Origin: Candidatus Latescibacterota bacterium
Lineage (GTDB): Bacteria > Latescibacterota > UBA2968 > GCA-2709665
NCBI GenBank assembly: GCA_963667175.2
Contig: CAXXXF010000002.1
Coordinates: 302,195 to 366,194 of the forward strand
Length of the DNA: 64,000 nt
Reading direction: 5' to 3'
Shown: piece by piece, positions 1-9,649 of the stretch
Layout of the letters: the number at the start of each line of letters is the position of its first letter
Numbering within the stretch: position 1 is the stretch's first letter
The notes under the pieces: generated by a model
The model's database searches: none
Seen by the model: only the letters and a program-made list of their open reading frames with translations
What the model was told of the DNA's origin: nothing
Position numbers and translations under genes: made by a program

Positions 1-483
1 GAGATCGTAAAGGAAGAAATCGGGCCCTGAATCATCCGGCAGGCATGCCCATTGGAAATCGTCCGTCTGAACGTGATCCAGGTTCGCCGCGTCGCGCAGC
101 AGGCGCAGTCGTTCCCCGGGACGCCGAAGTGCGTGTATCCTTTCCTGAGCGGACGTCATGGCGTCCGCTGTTAGAACGTCGATGCCGTACACGTGCCTGG
201 CGATCAACCGCACCGCTTCTCCGTATCCTGTAAACTGCGTCGCTTCCCAGGCTTCCCGGATGCCCTCGAACCGCCCGGCGATGTCCGCATCCGACCCATC
301 CATCAACCGCTTCATGGCCGCAGGAGAGGCGCCGGCCGTGTGAAGGTCGGCCGGGACGTAATTTCCGAACAGGTCCTGCAGGATATCGGGGCCTTCGTCG
401 ACCCAGTCCGGTTCCTTTCGCAGATGCTCGTGCGTATCGACCAGGGCGGTTTCCTGAATATGATGCGTCAGGTCGGTGTACAT
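1..483 (-). CDS. Amidohydrolase-family (metal-dependent, uronate-isomerase-like) protein, 5' part; runs off the window edge
   Basis: Not in the ORF track. Manual translation from ATG at 483 gives MYTDLTHHIQETALVDTHEHLRKEPDWVDEGPDILQDLFGNY..., open to position 1, with a D-T-H-E-H metal motif and a purine-rich RBS upstream. Confidence 0.75.
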   Translation of the reverse strand, partial: MYTDLTHHIQETALVDTHEHLRKEPDWVDEGPDILQDLFGNYVPADLHTAGASPAAMKRLMDGSDADIAGRFEGIREAWEATQFTGYGEAVRLIARHVYGIDVLTADAMTSAQERIHALRRPGERLRLLRDAANLDHVQTDDFQWACLPDDSGPDFFLYDL

Positions 484-529
484 TGGCTGTCCCTTTTTAC
501 GGCTCAGGCGCGGCGCGACGGATGCGTCG

Positions 530-1132
530 TTACGATCCTGTCCAGGGCGGAAACAGGTCGTGTTCGATGTTCAAAAGATTCAGGATCCGCCCGGCGACGA
601 AATCCGCCAGGTCGTCAAAGGTCTCGGGCTTCTGGTAGAATGCCGGCATGGCCGGCACGATTGCGGCGCCCGCCTCGGCGACGGCGGTCATGTTCCGGAG
701 GTGGATCAGGTTCATCGGCGTTTCGCGGGGAACCAGAATCAGCGGTCGGCGTTCCTTGAGCGTGACGTCCGCGGCCCTTTCGATCAGGTTTCCCGACGCG
801 CCATGTGCGATATTCGCCAGGTATTTCATTGAACACGGCACGACGACCATGCCCCGCACGCCCACGGACCCGCTCGCGACCGCCGCCGCCATGTTGCCGA
901 TCTGGTGGACGATCACGCTCCCGTTCGAAACCGCGGCGCCGTACCGATCAGCAAGAAAACCCTCAAATTCGGACTGCTTTCCCTTGAATCCCCCTTCCTC
1001 CCTCAGCAGCATCCACCCGAATCCGGATACAATCAGGTGTACCTCTTCCCCGTTCAGCAGCAGAGCGCGCAGGGTCCGAAGGGCATAGATGGCCCCGCTC
1101 GCGCCGGTTATCGCAACCGCAATCCGGTTCAC
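530..1132 (-). CDS. ubiX: Flavin prenyltransferase UbiX
   Basis: ITGASGAIY, ASGS, PCSMK, NLIERAADVTLKERRPLILVPRETP and PAMPAFY motifs; GTG start overlaps the upstream stop (GTGA). Confidence 0.93.
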   Translation of the reverse strand: MNRIAVAITGASGAIYALRTLRALLLNGEEVHLIVSGFGWMLLREEGGFKGKQSEFEGFLADRYGAAVSNGSVIVHQIGNMAAAVASGSVGVRGMVVVPCSMKYLANIAHGASGNLIERAADVTLKERRPLILVPRETPMNLIHLRNMTAVAEAGAAIVPAMPAFYQKPETFDDLADFVAGRILNLLNIEHDLFPPWTGS

Positions 1133-1989
1133 CGCCACAACACGTCTCCAAGCGTAAAGGCGAAATAGACGGCGCTGATCGCGGCATTCACGTTCACGAA
1201 TGCCACGCCGAGCCGGGAAAGGTCATCCGGCCTTACCAGCCGGTGCTCGTACACCATCAACACCGCCACCACGATCAGTCCTGCCATGTAGATGACTCCC
1301 AGCTCGAAAAACGTTCCCACCGCGGACATCAGAAGAAAGGAAATCGCGTGGAGAATCCGCGCGACGACCAGCCCCCGGGGTATTCCAAAGCGCTGCGGAA
1401 TCGAATAAACCCCGTGACTGCGGTCAAACTCCACGTCCTGGCATGCATAGATGATATCGAACCCCGATACCCACGTTAACACGGCGCCGGCCAGCAGCAG
1501 GATCCCGGCGTCAAGGCGCCCTGTAATCGCAATCCATGCGCCTACGGGCGCCAGAGACAGCGCCAGACCGAGAAATAACTGCGTGGCCCACGTGAATCGT
1601 TTGGTGTAGGAATAGAAGAAGACAATGCCCAACGCCACTGGAGAAAGCGCGAAACACAGCGGGTTCAGTCGCCAGGCGGCGACGATCAGCGCCAGGGAGG
1701 AGATCGCGATCAATACGCGCACGGCGCCCGGCGAGATCAGGCCGCGCGGCAACTCTCGCGCCGCGGTCCTGGGATTCGCCGCGTCCATGTCCCGGTCCAC
1801 CAGCCGGTTGAACCCCATCGCCGCGCTTCTGGCGCCCACCATCGCCACGGCGATCCAGAACACCTGCACCAGGCTGATATCCGCTTCCAGCGCGGCCAGC
1901 GCCGCGCCGCTGAAGGCAAACGGAAGGGCGAAGACGCTGTGTGAGAACTTGATCATTCGCCCGTAGGTAAGAATATGATCAACGATCAT
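1129..1989 (-). CDS. UbiA-family polyprenyltransferase (MqnP/4-hydroxybenzoate octaprenyltransferase-like)
   Basis: KFSHSVFALPFA, ARSAAMGFNRLVDRDMDAANPRT, YSYTKRFT and GFDIIYACQD motifs; multiple TM segments; start trimmed to MIVDHIL. Confidence 0.9.
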   Translation of the reverse strand: MIVDHILTYGRMIKFSHSVFALPFAFSGAALAALEADISLVQVFWIAVAMVGARSAAMGFNRLVDRDMDAANPRTAARELPRGLISPGAVRVLIAISSLALIVAAWRLNPLCFALSPVALGIVFFYSYTKRFTWATQLFLGLALSLAPVGAWIAITGRLDAGILLLAGAVLTWVSGFDIIYACQDVEFDRSHGVYSIPQRFGIPRGLVVARILHAISFLLMSAVGTFFELGVIYMAGLIVVAVLMVYEHRLVRPDDLSRLGVAFVNVNAAISAVYFAFTLGDVLWR

Positions 1990-2251
1990 GGGTGGGACTC
2001 GACGTATACCTGGCCGTCTGCAAAAGGGTTTCGTTATCGCGGTCCGGTGTGTGCAGGGAGTTGGCGGATGTCTGCGGCCACGAATCCCTGCCTTGCGCAG
2101 GTGCCAACGGCTTGTCGAAGGCCTGTCGAACGGTCGAGAGTTATCCAGGGTGCGCAAATTGCGGGCATTTCGACATTTCGACAAGCTCAATGCAGGCATG
2201 CTCAATGACCACGCATTGGAAAGACCGTCTCGACAGGGTTGCTACGACAAT

Positions 2252-3331
2252 TCACCCGCCGAGGGCCGCGCCGACTGCCTCATCGATGCGCGTCATGTCG
2301 GCGTCCGTCAGTTCAACCCGCGCCGCGTTCACGTTGTCCTCCAGGTGTCGCATTTCAGTTACGCCTGCAATGACAGACGGCACCTGCCCATTGGCCAGCA
2401 GCCAGGCAATCGCGAGTTGCGCGAGGGAGATTCCCTTCGATTCCGCCACCGCCAGCAGCCCTTCAACGGCCTCCAGATAGGGTTCGGTCAGAAACTCGGC
2501 CTCGTCGCCGTCGTCGATGATCCGTCCTGACGCCTCCTCCAGCCTTCCCTTGCGGTACCTGCCCGTGAGCAGGCCGCTTGCGAGCGGATAGTAGGGGATC
2601 ACACCCACGTCAGCCCTGGCCGCCGCCTTCAGGAAATCCGACCCCCTGCCTCCGTCCTCGGACGCCACCGCGTCCTGTTGCACCAGATTGTAACGGTTTT
2701 GCACGGCCACGATCCGGCGTGACACGTCCTTGCCTACCCTTTCCAACGCAGCGATTACATTCGCCATCTGCTTCGCGGAGTGATTGGATACCGCCAGGTA
2801 CCTTACCTTTCCCTGTGATACGAGATCGTCGAACGCGCCCCATGTTTCTTCGATCGGAACCCGGTAGTCCCCGTCGTCGCCGGCGCCGCTCTGGTGCAGA
2901 TAGAGCAGGTCGATGTAGTCCGTCTGCAATCGCTCCAGGCACTTGTCCACGCCAAAGTGGATATACGTCCTGGATGCGCCGAGTTGATTCGGCGTGAAGT
3001 CGGCCTCCATGGCGTGCTCCGCGCGCACCGGGTTGTGAATCTTGGTCGCCATCACGACCTGTTCCCTGACCGTACCTGGACGAGCGGCGAAATAACGCCC
3101 CAACAGACGCTCCGAATTGCCCGACGCAAGATTGTAGGAACACGCGGTGTCCCAGTGAAAGACACCCAGTTCCAGGGCCCGGTCCAGGACCTCGAACCCC
3201 TTGTGATCCCCGATGCGGGACCCGTCGTAAACCGGATCGCCCCACTTCCACGTTCCCAGCCCGATAACGGACACGAACAGGCCGGAGTTCCCGACACGCC
3301 GGCATGGCATGCCTCTGAATTCCTCTGCCAT
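2252..3331 (-). CDS. Aldo/keto reductase
   Basis: GLGTW, DTACSY, ATK, LERLQTDYIDLLYLH, GKVRYLAVSN, PLASGLLTG and AQLAIAW motifs. Confidence 0.92.
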   Translation of the reverse strand: MAEEFRGMPCRRVGNSGLFVSVIGLGTWKWGDPVYDGSRIGDHKGFEVLDRALELGVFHWDTACSYNLASGNSERLLGRYFAARPGTVREQVVMATKIHNPVRAEHAMEADFTPNQLGASRTYIHFGVDKCLERLQTDYIDLLYLHQSGAGDDGDYRVPIEETWGAFDDLVSQGKVRYLAVSNHSAKQMANVIAALERVGKDVSRRIVAVQNRYNLVQQDAVASEDGGRGSDFLKAAARADVGVIPYYPLASGLLTGRYRKGRLEEASGRIIDDGDEAEFLTEPYLEAVEGLLAVAESKGISLAQLAIAWLLANGQVPSVIAGVTEMRHLEDNVNAARVELTDADMTRIDEAVGAALGG

Positions 3332-3398
3332 TTCACAAGCCTCCAATGGTGAATGGTTTCGATCATCGCAAATCGTACAACGTCAGCGGGCGCAATCG

Positions 3399-6215
3399 CT
3401 ATCGTCTCTCCAGATCCGGATGTTGTCTATGCCAATCCGTCGCCTGCTCGTAGGCAAGGCCCACGTTCAGAAGCGTCGCTTCGTCGTAGAGGTTTCCGAT
3501 GAGCGTCAGTCCTCGCGGCATGCCGTCTGTGAACCCGCACTTCAACGTCAGCGCGGGATGCCCGGTGAGATTGGTAATTGTGAGACTCGCGCCGGCGTCT
3601 CCGGGCGCCAGCAGTACGTCCCAATCCTTCATCAATACCTCGAGATCGCGAATCATCAGGGACCGGACCTGCTGTGCGCGCAAATATTCCACGGCGGGCA
3701 CCATCCGAAAGCTGCGAAGTACCGTCGGCCAGGAGCTGTTGTCCGCGTCTGTCATGGCGTCCAGTTCGCCCGCCCGCGTCGCGCTGTCGAACGCGGCCGC
3801 CGCTTCCACGCAGAGCATCATCGAAACCGCGCCGTGTGGGCACTCCGGAAGCGTCACGGGTTGAACGCGCATTCCGAGTTCTTCAAGCTTCCGGAACGCG
3901 GCTTCGTAGACGGCACGCTCTTCGGCGCCCTCGACGTCGTCGAATTCCCGCTGGATGAAGCCGACTCTCAATGCCCTTACATCCGGGGCTGCGGGCCAGT
4001 TGAACGGCGCGTCCACCACGGATCGGTCTCTCCCGTCCGGTCCGTGGATGGCGCTGAACACGGCCGCGCAGTCTTCGACGCCACGGCACATCGGACCCAG
4101 TTTGTCCATGGTCCAGGCAAGCGCCATCGCTCCGTAACGGCTCACGCGACCGTATGTTGGCCGCAGCCCCGTTACACCGCAGGTATGGCTCGGCGAGACG
4201 ATCGATCCCTGCGTTTCCGAACCGATGCTGAATCCAACGAGGCCGGCGGCGGTCGCGGCGGCGGGACCGGCCGAAGACCCGCTCGAGTCCGTCTCCGGAT
4301 TCCATGGGTTCCGGGTCATCCCCCCGAACCAGTGCGGCCCCATGGCGAGCGCTCCGGTCGAGAGCTTGGCCGCGAGGACCGCGCCCGCGTCCCGAAGCCG
4401 TTCCACAACGGCCGCGTCGGTCTCACCCGTTTGCTCCTTGAATGGCGTGGCGCCCCACGTGGTCCGGATCCCCTTTGTGGATAGCAGGTCCTTGGCGCCC
4501 CACGGAATCCCATGAAGCGGACCGCGGTATTTCCCGGCCGTGATCTCCGCCTCGGCGGCCCTGGCCTGCGCCATCGCCAATTCTTCGGTACGTGAAACCA
4601 CGCAATGCAGCTTTTCGCCGAAAGCATCCAGCCGATCGAGGTAGAGCCTGGTGAGCTCCACGGGAGACACCGCCCTGGATTTCACCAGGCGCGCCAGCGC
4701 GCTTACCGGCAGAAAGGCCAGATCGTCCCCGGATACCGGTCGCTCGACCATGGAGGCGGTCAGCCTGAACGCACGCTGTTCTCCCGACGGCGGCGGTTTC
4801 ACGCCCGGAAGGAATACCGACGCCGGGCTTACGTCGTAACCCACGTGGACCTCGCGGAGTTCCCGGTACCGGAGTCGATATTGCTCGACGTCCCGTCGCA
4901 TGTACCCGCGCTGCGCTTCGGTAAAGCGGATCCCGCTCAGCTGCTCCGAACCCGCGATCCTGGCGTCTACGACAGCTGCCTCCGCCTCCGCGATGCCGTG
5001 CAGCGATACGTGCCGAATCTCCGTATCGACGTCCGGGCTGCACCCTTCGCCAATGTGTCCATGAGTGTAGACCAGATTGGGTACATCCACGCGATTGTGT
5101 CCGGTCTGCCGTTCGAGGGAGGGCAGCCAGTTCGAGGCGTCCGGTTCGTCCGACGATACCCTATAACCCGAGAATGTCTCTCCACCGTCGCGGGAGGTAA
5201 ACAACGCGATCTCGTTGCTGGAATCCGACCAACCGCCGCCTGCCCGGCAGACCGGGACCGCGGCGTAGATGACGCCGTCGTCCGCGATGCTGAGCGCACA
5301 CACGTCCGACGTTTCGCACGGGCCGTAGAGCCGCTCCGCCTCCGGCATCAGCGAGACGACCCGCCAGTCGTTCTTCCTTCTGGTGTAGAAAAACGTCTCC
5401 GCCGCGCCGCATTCGCGACGGTTCAGCGTAAAGCAGAGCGATCCCCGGCCGCCGGTTACGACGTTACCGATGCGCACGTCGAGACCTTCATCGAATTCGA
5501 TGACGCAGGGTGAAGCCGGGGTTGTGGGCAGAGACAGGGCGGTTCCGTCCACCGTTGCCCAGGTCCCGCCTCCGTCGCGGGATCGCATCAGGCCGAACCC
5601 CCGGCCGCGTGTATCGCTGGTATCCGCTTCGGTTGCCCGCACGATATGATAGGCCAGATAGAGCGTTCCGCTCTTGTCGATGTGTAGCGCGTTCTCGAAT
5701 TGCGTATACGCGGGCGGCCCTTCCGGGTCGACGAGCTTCACCGGGTCCGTCCACTCGTCCCCCGTTGGCTTTTTCTGATACACCAGGGACCATGGCCGTT
5801 CCGCCGCGTAAGACCCGCGGTAACAGGCGTGCAACGTATCGTCGGCGTCGCACACCAGGCTCGGATAGGTCGCCGTCGTTCCACCGAACGAAGGCTGTTC
5901 CACCCACGAGGTTGAGGTATTGGGGCGCCGGCTCACCACGTGCCGGATCGGGTTGTGATGGGGTCCGAACGCCAGATGCAGGTATCCCTTTGAATCCAGC
6001 GCAAAGGCCGCGCCGGCGTGGTTGTCGTCCCCGGTTCCGACGTAGACCGGCTTTCCCCAGCGCCTGGTCCCGTGATGATAGGTACGGACGTATATCCTGC
6101 AGATCTGGTCCAGCCAGGCCACGTGGGTCTTGCCCCCGTGCGTCAGGATCTTGTTGCTCATCGTGTACGCGGTTCCCCGCGTGGAACCCGTTGTGGAAAG
6201 CACCTTGTGTTTCAT
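3399..6215 (-). CDS. Fusion of an N-terminal BNR/Asp-box beta-propeller with a C-terminal amidase-signature (GatA-like) domain
   Basis: N-half has DNH...ALDSKGYLHL...HH, TYP and the Asp boxes SRDGGGTW and SRDGGETF. C-half has GPLHGIPWGAKD, GSSAGPAA and GSETQGSIVSPS (amidase Ser-cisSer-Lys signature). Confidence 0.85.
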   Translation of the reverse strand: MKHKVLSTTGSTRGTAYTMSNKILTHGGKTHVAWLDQICRIYVRTYHHGTRRWGKPVYVGTGDDNHAGAAFALDSKGYLHLAFGPHHNPIRHVVSRRPNTSTSWVEQPSFGGTTATYPSLVCDADDTLHACYRGSYAAERPWSLVYQKKPTGDEWTDPVKLVDPEGPPAYTQFENALHIDKSGTLYLAYHIVRATEADTSDTRGRGFGLMRSRDGGGTWATVDGTALSLPTTPASPCVIEFDEGLDVRIGNVVTGGRGSLCFTLNRRECGAAETFFYTRRKNDWRVVSLMPEAERLYGPCETSDVCALSIADDGVIYAAVPVCRAGGGWSDSSNEIALFTSRDGGETFSGYRVSSDEPDASNWLPSLERQTGHNRVDVPNLVYTHGHIGEGCSPDVDTEIRHVSLHGIAEAEAAVVDARIAGSEQLSGIRFTEAQRGYMRRDVEQYRLRYRELREVHVGYDVSPASVFLPGVKPPPSGEQRAFRLTASMVERPVSGDDLAFLPVSALARLVKSRAVSPVELTRLYLDRLDAFGEKLHCVVSRTEELAMAQARAAEAEITAGKYRGPLHGIPWGAKDLLSTKGIRTTWGATPFKEQTGETDAAVVERLRDAGAVLAAKLSTGALAMGPHWFGGMTRNPWNPETDSSGSSAGPAAATAAGLVGFSIGSETQGSIVSPSHTCGVTGLRPTYGRVSRYGAMALAWTMDKLGPMCRGVEDCAAVFSAIHGPDGRDRSVVDAPFNWPAAPDVRALRVGFIQREFDDVEGAEERAVYEAAFRKLEELGMRVQPVTLPECPHGAVSMMLCVEAAAAFDSATRAGELDAMTDADNSSWPTVLRSFRMVPAVEYLRAQQVRSLMIRDLEVLMKDWDVLLAPGDAGASLTITNLTGHPALTLKCGFTDGMPRGLTLIGNLYDEATLLNVGLAYEQATDWHRQHPDLERR

Positions 6216-6275
6216 AGTCTCCGCTCTTGCCGTTCCCTCGTTCTCTCGTCTTCTCGTTCCCTCGTGCCTTTGTCG

Positions 6276-6977
6276 TTACTCGTCCACGTCTATTCTCGCC
6301 ACCCATCCCGAGGTCGCGTCGCAATAGAGAAACCCGTCTTTGCAGCGGGAAAGCCCGTGCGGCTCGGGTTGAGACGCCGGGACCCTGATCTCTCCCAGAA
6401 CAGTCCCGGATTGCGCGTCCAGTTTCACGATCGACCGCTCCGACGTATGAACCACCCAAACCCCATCTGTAACGCGTACGACGCCGTGCGCCCGTTCGTA
6501 AGGAAGGGAAAACACGCGCTGGATGGACCAATCCGAGATCCGCACCTGAGTCAGGGTCTGGCTCTTCAAGGTGGTCAGCCACAATGTACCCGGTTCAAAC
6601 GCATCGTATTCCAGCCCGTGCGTTCCGCCGCCACCCGGCAACGGCCACCGCCCCTGTGTCTCTCCGGTCTTCGGATCCACCCGCAGAATCTCGCCCGAAT
6701 CCGCGTCGGTGTTTCGCGGCGCCCGCCACTTCTCCGCGGAACCATTGGCCGCCAGCCAGAGCGATCCGTCCCCCCAGGCCAGCCCGCTGGTGTTGGATGA
6801 CTCGGTCGACACTTCAGACCGCAGCCGCAGCATCCCGTACTCGTCCGCTTCCGAAACGCCCAGCAGCGCGACGCGATCCGTTACCTGGTCCACCACCCGG
6901 ATGCCGTCGGCGGTTGCCTGCACGCCGTTCGGCATTCCGTACGGCGCCCGGAACCAGCGTTCGATTTTCATTTCCAT
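6276..6977 (-). CDS. Beta-propeller protein (glutaminyl cyclase/SMP-30/Vgb-like repeats)
   Basis: Repeated PNG/TSGLAWGDGSLW, THGLEY and PHGLS blade motifs; start trimmed to MEMKIERW. Confidence 0.6.
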   Translation of the reverse strand: MEMKIERWFRAPYGMPNGVQATADGIRVVDQVTDRVALLGVSEADEYGMLRLRSEVSTESSNTSGLAWGDGSLWLAANGSAEKWRAPRNTDADSGEILRVDPKTGETQGRWPLPGGGGTHGLEYDAFEPGTLWLTTLKSQTLTQVRISDWSIQRVFSLPYERAHGVVRVTDGVWVVHTSERSIVKLDAQSGTVLGEIRVPASQPEPHGLSRCKDGFLYCDATSGWVARIDVDE

Positions 6978-7056
6978 ACCGAAATCCTGCCGAAAGTGTG
7001 CTTCTTGCCCGCGTGATCTCCTCGGGGCCGAAATTGCGGCTGACGTCGAGGTTCCC

Positions 7057-8154
7057 TCAAGCGACCCGACAGTCGGCGACCTCGAACAGCCGGTGCTCCA
7101 CCCACGGGTGCTCGCAGCAGGGGCCCCGGGCAAACCACGCCAGTCCGTTTGACGGCTCCAGCACGATGCCGCAGATCGTCTGCCCGCATCCGTCCACGCT
7201 GTGCCGGCAGATCGAAACGGGGCTGTTTACGTGGTCTTCCAGCGCCGACATGATCGTGTGGGCGCCCGGGTCGGCAGATCTCCGCAAAAGCCTCGTGGCA
7301 CGGCCCCATCTTGCAAGGCTCTGGCCCTGTTGATCGTAAGCCCGACGCTCGAGCGGTTTCAGACGGTCTGCGAGGTAGTGGTTCGAGTGCGCCATGGGAC
7401 CGTCGAACGGGCTGGTTGCCTCGTAATCCGAGGCGGTGGTTTCCAGGTTGTAAATCTCGCCGTGCCGGTCGCACAGAACATAGTTCATTCCCGACGCGCG
7501 ACGCGACGAGACGACCGCGTCGATAGCGTCTCCAATGACTGAAGTGGCAAGGATCCGCCGGATCACGAAAGGGTAAGGTACGCCTGGCCCGGCGTCGCCC
7601 GGGACGAGGTTGTTGATGACAACGCCGATGCCTTCGCTGTTCAACCCCGCACACCCAAGCATCCCGGCCGTTGTATACATCAGCGCGTCCGGGCCGTCGC
7701 CCGTGATCTTCAAGAGTGCGGCCGACCCATAGAAGATCTCGGCCAGGTCGTAATTCTGGCCGATTGCGGCTATGCCTCCGCCTTCCATCTCCGGGATCAT
7801 AAACGTCGTGCAACCCGCCTCGATGAACGTCGGAGAGAGATGGTCGATAATGTCCAGAAAGCCGTTCAGCGCCAGGATCTCCTCGTACGGCACGCCGGCG
7901 CCCCTGGCGATTCCTCTCGCCTCTTCCACGAGGTCCGGGGCGTATGCTTCCGCGGGCTCTGCGTAGGTCGCGGAGATTTCAAGCACCCGTGTCCTGCTCA
8001 ACACGGGCACGCCATGGTCCCGGCTGGTGCGCTCCAGATAGTCAAAATAGGCCGGAAGCAGCGTGCGAATCGCTTCCCGGTAGAACTCTCCGTGCGATTG
8101 CCCGCGATTCACGGGCGATCCGGAAACTTCAAGAAGAGGAAATCCGTCGTTCAT
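7057..8154 (-). CDS. Peptidase C45 family (acyl-CoA:6-APA acyltransferase-like Ntn hydrolase)
   Basis: GSPVNRGQSHG, EEARGIARGAGV, G|CTT autocleavage site, GQNYD, GLNSEG and HSNHY motifs. Confidence 0.85.
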   Translation of the reverse strand: MNDGFPLLEVSGSPVNRGQSHGEFYREAIRTLLPAYFDYLERTSRDHGVPVLSRTRVLEISATYAEPAEAYAPDLVEEARGIARGAGVPYEEILALNGFLDIIDHLSPTFIEAGCTTFMIPEMEGGGIAAIGQNYDLAEIFYGSAALLKITGDGPDALMYTTAGMLGCAGLNSEGIGVVINNLVPGDAGPGVPYPFVIRRILATSVIGDAIDAVVSSRRASGMNYVLCDRHGEIYNLETTASDYEATSPFDGPMAHSNHYLADRLKPLERRAYDQQGQSLARWGRATRLLRRSADPGAHTIMSALEDHVNSPVSICRHSVDGCGQTICGIVLEPSNGLAWFARGPCCEHPWVEHRLFEVADCRVA

Positions 8155-8203
8155 TTTCGTTCTCCTCGATCAGCGGGACGGAGGCGTCCCGATCCGGAAT
8201 TGT

Positions 8204-9619
8204 TCACGAGTCGCCATCCACAGTTTCTTCGTTTTCCACGGCATCCCGCGCCTGTAGTTTCCTCGCCGTCTTCGGCGACCCGATGTAAAGGGCTTCGTAG
8301 GCCGCTCTCGAACTGGGAAAGGGTCCTTCGTGCCGGGTGCCGTGCCACTGCAGATTCGTGAACATCGGATTGGTCAGCCCCGTTTCCGCCTCCCGCTTCG
8401 AAATCCACGCGTCCATGCGGGCTCGGAGCATCCGCGCGATCTCCGGTTCCCGGTCCGCAAGGTTCGTGTTCTCGGCCGGGTCTTCCACGAGGTTGTACAA
8501 CTCGACCTCGGGTTTTCCGTGGAAATCGGGCTCGAGCGCCACAATCAGCTTCCACTCGGACGTGCGCCACCCGTGCTTGCGCATCCAGGTGGCCTCGGTG
8601 ATATAGAATTCAGACCGGTTCGATGCGCGCGTTCCCTGTATCAGCGGCAACAGGCTGTCTCCGTCGAATTCGATCCTGGTCGGGATTTCCAGGAGTTCCA
8701 GCAGGGTCGGCACGAGATCGGCGTGACTCGAATATCCCGTCACCCGCCGTCCGTCGGGCAACACGCCCGGGAGGCGCAGAATCAGCGGCACGTGCAGGGT
8801 GCAGTCGTACATCCCGTGATGATCGAAGTAACAATCGTGATCGACCAGCGTCTCGCCATGGTCTCCGTTGAATACCACGAGCGTATCTTCCGTCAGCCCC
8901 AGTTCCTCCAGGCGCGTGAGGATCCGCTGGATGCAGGCATCCATATACGCGATTTCGCCGTCGTATTGTGCGATCACGTAGTCTGCGTCCGTGATGCCGG
9001 GCGGCATCCAGCTGAGATGAAAGTCGCGAAACGGTTTGAAATTTCGCACCGGCTCCATCGACGTCTTCGTGGGATCGCACGGATCGCCGCTGTAGAACAT
9101 CGTATCGTACGGCGGGGGCGGCAGGTAGGGCGCGTGTGGATCCATATGGCGCAGAAACAGGAAGAAGGGTCGGTCTGCCGAGGCGAGCCGTTCCAGTTCC
9201 GGAATCGTCACGTCGTTCAGCCATTCGGCCTTGCGCAGGGGCCGCTGCTCCCACGAGCCCCACGCCTCGTAGTTCAGGTATTGGTCGAACCCGCGGGAAC
9301 CGGGGTTGCCCGTGAAACCGACACATGTCGTATCGTAACCGGCGTTACGCAGAATCTCGGGCAGGCTTGTCACCTCGGGCCGCAGCCCGCCCTGGTGGCG
9401 CAATGCCACGACCTGTGTGGTAAAGCAATCCATACCGGTCAGCATGGACGCGTAGGCCGAGGTCGTGGGGATGTGCGGGCTGTAATTCTTCTCGAACAAC
9501 ACCCCCTGTGCGGCCAGCCGATCCACGTATGGGGTTGTCAGCCGTTCGTACCCGTAACAGCTCATGTGGTCGGCCCACAGGCTGTCCACCCCGAAAAACA
9601 GCAGATTCCGTTTGCCCAT
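8204..9619 (-). CDS. Sulfatase/alkaline-phosphatase-superfamily hydrolase with a non-canonical active-site motif
   Basis: VDSLWADH, ASMLTG, HMDPHAPY, GDHGE, HVPLI and ELYNLVEDPAE motifs; the nucleophile region reads PTTSAY rather than CxPxR. Confidence 0.88.
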   Translation of the reverse strand: MGKRNLLFFGVDSLWADHMSCYGYERLTTPYVDRLAAQGVLFEKNYSPHIPTTSAYASMLTGMDCFTTQVVALRHQGGLRPEVTSLPEILRNAGYDTTCVGFTGNPGSRGFDQYLNYEAWGSWEQRPLRKAEWLNDVTIPELERLASADRPFFLFLRHMDPHAPYLPPPPYDTMFYSGDPCDPTKTSMEPVRNFKPFRDFHLSWMPPGITDADYVIAQYDGEIAYMDACIQRILTRLEELGLTEDTLVVFNGDHGETLVDHDCYFDHHGMYDCTLHVPLILRLPGVLPDGRRVTGYSSHADLVPTLLELLEIPTRIEFDGDSLLPLIQGTRASNRSEFYITEATWMRKHGWRTSEWKLIVALEPDFHGKPEVELYNLVEDPAENTNLADREPEIARMLRARMDAWISKREAETGLTNPMFTNLQWHGTRHEGPFPSSRAAYEALYIGSPKTARKLQARDAVENEETVDGDS

Positions 9620-9649
9620 TTTCTCTGAACCCCTTCGCCCGTTTCGGAA

